Shown here: piece after piece, positions 48,452 to 50,507 of the stretch
Numbering within the stretch: position 1 is the stretch's first letter
How the letters are laid out: each line of letters opens with the position of its first letter
NCBI GenBank assembly: GCA_041748615.1
Contig: JBGTCY010000259.1
Coordinates: 1-50,507 of the forward strand
Length of the DNA stretch: 50,507 bases
From: Chitinophagales bacterium
GTDB taxonomy: Bacteria; Bacteroidota; Bacteroidia; Chitinophagales; CAIOSU01
Direction of reading: 5' to 3'
Program-made: the position numbers and the translations under genes
The notes under the pieces: model-generated
Told to the model about the DNA's origin: nothing
The model's input: the letters and a program-made list of their open reading frames with translations, nothing else
Database searches by the model: none

Positions 48452-48688
48452 CTACGAAAATAATTCATCAATCGCTTTTGCCAATTTACGGTCTTTGTCT
48501 GTTACGATATTGCCCGCGTCATGGGTATTGAGAAAAATCTCCACCTTGTTCCACACATTTGTCCAATAGGGATGATGATTGTGTTTCTCCGCCAAGATTG
48601 CCACGCGGGTCATAAAGGCAAAAGCTTCACTGAAGTCTTTAAATTCGAATTTGCGGTAGAGTTGGTTATCGCGTTCATTCCATTCCAT
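48452..48688 (-). CDS. phhB: pterin-4-alpha-carbinolamine dehydratase
   Basis: [34 protein letters not shown]. Confidence 0.93.
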   Translation of the reverse strand: MEWNERDNQLYRKFEFKDFSEAFAFMTRVAILAEKHNHHPYWTNVWNKVEIFLNTHDAGNIVTDKDRKLAKAIDELFS

Positions 48689-48768
48689 GGGAAGTATTTT
48701 ATACAATATTAGTTCTCTAACCAATTTTTGATAATTCCCACAACTTCATCAGGATTTTTCACCAATTG

Positions 48769-48857
48769 TAGTGACCGACTAAAGCCCGTGAGGCTTGGGT
48801 TTTATGTTATTGCCCCATCCGCCTTGGCGTGATGGGGTTATAAAATGCCTGTCACTA
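48769..48857. repeat. multi-hairpin palindromic element
   Basis: TAGTGAC/GTCACTA outer stem enclosing AAGCC/GGCTT and CCCCATC-CGCC/GGCG-T-GATGGGG hairpins. Confidence 0.6.
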
Positions 48858-48950
48858 AAGGGATTTAGCCCAAAAAAATATTTTTTAGTCAGACAATACG
48901 TTTTTTTTTAAATCGAGCATTTTCCCAAAAGGAAGATTATTACAAACCGA

Positions 48951-49057
48951 GTCATACCGAAACAACTCAGGTTTTCGAATAATGAAACGGAAAAACATTC
49001 GGTATTAACCGAGAGTACGTCTCATTCCTTCGGAAATTCGACTACTCTCGGTATGTC
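48951..49057. repeat. REP-like double-hairpin element (GTCATACCGA family)
   Basis: GTCATACCGA...TCGGTATGTC termini; ATACCGAA/TTCGGTAT and ACCGAGAGTA/TACTCTCGGT stems. Confidence 0.65.
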
Positions 49058-49541
49058 AATTAAAACTAATCATCAAATACACTGAAAAAAGTTCCACCTT
49101 ATCTGCCGTTCTTCCCTGGTAATTTTTGATAAGCCTGATTTCTGTACCATCACTTTCCGTATGTAACATACTTCTGCTGTCCACATTTTCAAACGTCAGC
49201 GCGTTGGGATAGCAATTATAGAATTGATACATTAAAATATCATACACCCTGTCCGCATCTTCTTCGGAAACTTTCACCGCGTAATCCTGCCGGATGGTGT
49301 TTATATTACCCGTATTTTGATTGACCATTGTGGAGCCGGAAACCACATTTTCAAAAAGCGTCTTGGATTCGTAATTGGTATAAAAATTATCCTTGCTGAT
49401 TTCTTCTCCGATGAATCCCATCTTTTTTTTATCAAAATCAAACAGGTAATCATTGATTTCTTTACAGTCAATATAATATTGGGCGAATGAAGGCGACTGT
49501 ATCAGGATGCAAAAAAGGAAACTCAAAATGAAGTGATTCAT
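49056..49541 (-). CDS. secreted hypothetical protein
   Basis: Signal peptide ending SFAQ; TATATTTG -7 box at 49556-63 favours ATG 49541. Confidence 0.6.
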   Translation of the reverse strand: MNHFILSFLFCILIQSPSFAQYYIDCKEINDYLFDFDKKKMGFIGEEISKDNFYTNYESKTLFENVVSGSTMVNQNTGNINTIRQDYAVKVSEEDADRVYDILMYQFYNCYPNALTFENVDSRSMLHTESDGTEIRLIKNYQGRTADKVELFSVYLMISFN

Positions 49542-49583
49542 GGAATGATTTTCCACAAATATAATCAGGAATAAGCCGACCCG

Positions 49584-50507
49584 TTACCGGGCAACCAAGA
49601 GTTTTCTGTAATCCCTTTTTTCGTCAGTAATCAATTCAATAAAATAAATTCCCGAAGACAAATTGGAAGTATTCAGCGTGAATTGATTGCGACCGGATTC
49701 TAATTGTAAACCTGTCATAGAAATCAACTCGTTGCCGGGCAAATCTCTCAGGATGATTGAGGCAGTTGTTTTTGAAGCGACAGACAACTCGATGTTTGTT
49801 TTTTCTGATGCCGGATTAGGATAAATCGTAAAATTCAAAAGCTGATGAACCGGTTTATTGGAACTCATTTCCAGAAATGCCAGATAAATTTCCATCCCGC
49901 TCACGCAATAAATTTGATTGCAATCCATGATGTAGATGCAAATCGTATCATTCATGGTGGAGTCAACCGGGAAAATCAGGTTCGGGTCATTTGAAACACT
50001 GCCGTCACCGATTATCCAGTTCCAGTCCGGAGCATTTTCAGTGGCTGAATCAGGATAGATAACCACCGTTCCGTCAGGATTAATGTCATAGCCAAACCAC
50101 GGATGACAACCGCTGTCATTCTTGCCGATGTAGATAGAATCGCAGTAGGTTTCAACGCATTGCTCTGCGGTATCGCTCACGGTCAGACACACCCGATAAA
50201 CATTGATGGAAGTGTCGGTGTAAACATGAACCGGAGATTGTTCGGTGGAAGTATTCCCGTCACCAAAATCCCACAGCCAGCTTTGCGAGCCGGAGGGTGA
50301 CGGTGGAAACACATTGACACCAGTTGAAAAATAAACGGTGAACAAACTTGAATCCTGACCATCTTCCCAATAATAAAAGTAGGCATCACACGGAGGATAG
50401 CTGTAACATTCACCTTCAAAAAAGGAGACGATTCCAGAATAATAAAAAGCATCACAAATATTTGAATAAGTAATGCCGTCACAAAGTCCGCAGACCGGCT
50501 CATAGAT
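49584..50507 (-). CDS. T9SS type A cargo protein with Kazal-type and PKD domains (5'-partial)
   Basis: Frame open to the window end: IYEPVCGLCDGITYSNICDA...EGEC, then PKD (WLWDFGDGNTS..QSPVHVY), then IYPNPA..LSSGIYF CTD. Confidence 0.88.
   Translation of the reverse strand: MYEPVCGLCDGITYSNICDAFYYSGIVSFFEGECYSYPPCDAYFYYWEDGQDSSLFTVYFSTGVNVFPPSPSGSQSWLWDFGDGNTSTEQSPVHVYTDTSINVYRVCLTVSDTAEQCVETYCDSIYIGKNDSGCHPWFGYDINPDGTVVIYPDSATENAPDWNWIIGDGSVSNDPNLIFPVDSTMNDTICIYIMDCNQIYCVSGMEIYLAFLEMSSNKPVHQLLNFTIYPNPASEKTNIELSVASKTTASIILRDLPGNELISMTGLQLESGRNQFTLNTSNLSSGIYFIELITDEKRDYRKLLVAR

Noticed and set aside
50183-50503. 106-aa minus-strand ORF suggesting a frameshift in the PKD gene
   Set aside because: The PKD/CTD frame is itself open to the window end and encodes the Kazal motif; no frameshift needed

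Overview
Bacteroidota chromosomal segment, probably a Chitinophagales/Saprospiria-like organism. The basis is TAnnTTTG -7 promoters, T9SS cargo and a PorP-like gene, and Bacteroidota-type ClpP and DAHP synthase-chorismate mutase. Most of it is housekeeping or metabolic: clpP, folB, tRNA-Cys, tRNA-Asp, accA, OPT and OppABC peptide transporters, a TetR-TolC-RND efflux operon, rlmI, a TetR-fadN-thiolase-acyl-CoA dehydrogenase beta-oxidation operon, ligA and phhB. I saw no integrase, transposase or CRISPR array. The most interesting signals are: (1) an M1 aminopeptidase fused to an Omp85-like barrel, with an in-frame insertion built from short DNA repeats; (2) an AT-rich, translationally coupled UbiA-methyltransferase-GT-C-HAD operon resembling a lipid-linked (methyl)pentofuranose transfer system; (3) a cytochrome c lipoprotein-YceI-barrel-OB-fold module with interdigitated divergent promoters; (4) twin TetR operators, one inside the regulator's own 3' end; (5) a Kazal-type domain in a T9SS cargo protein that the ORF track misses; (6) three single-event gene lesions; and (7) many small palindromic or heptamer repeat elements. 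All family assignments come from motif recognition by eye, not database searches.
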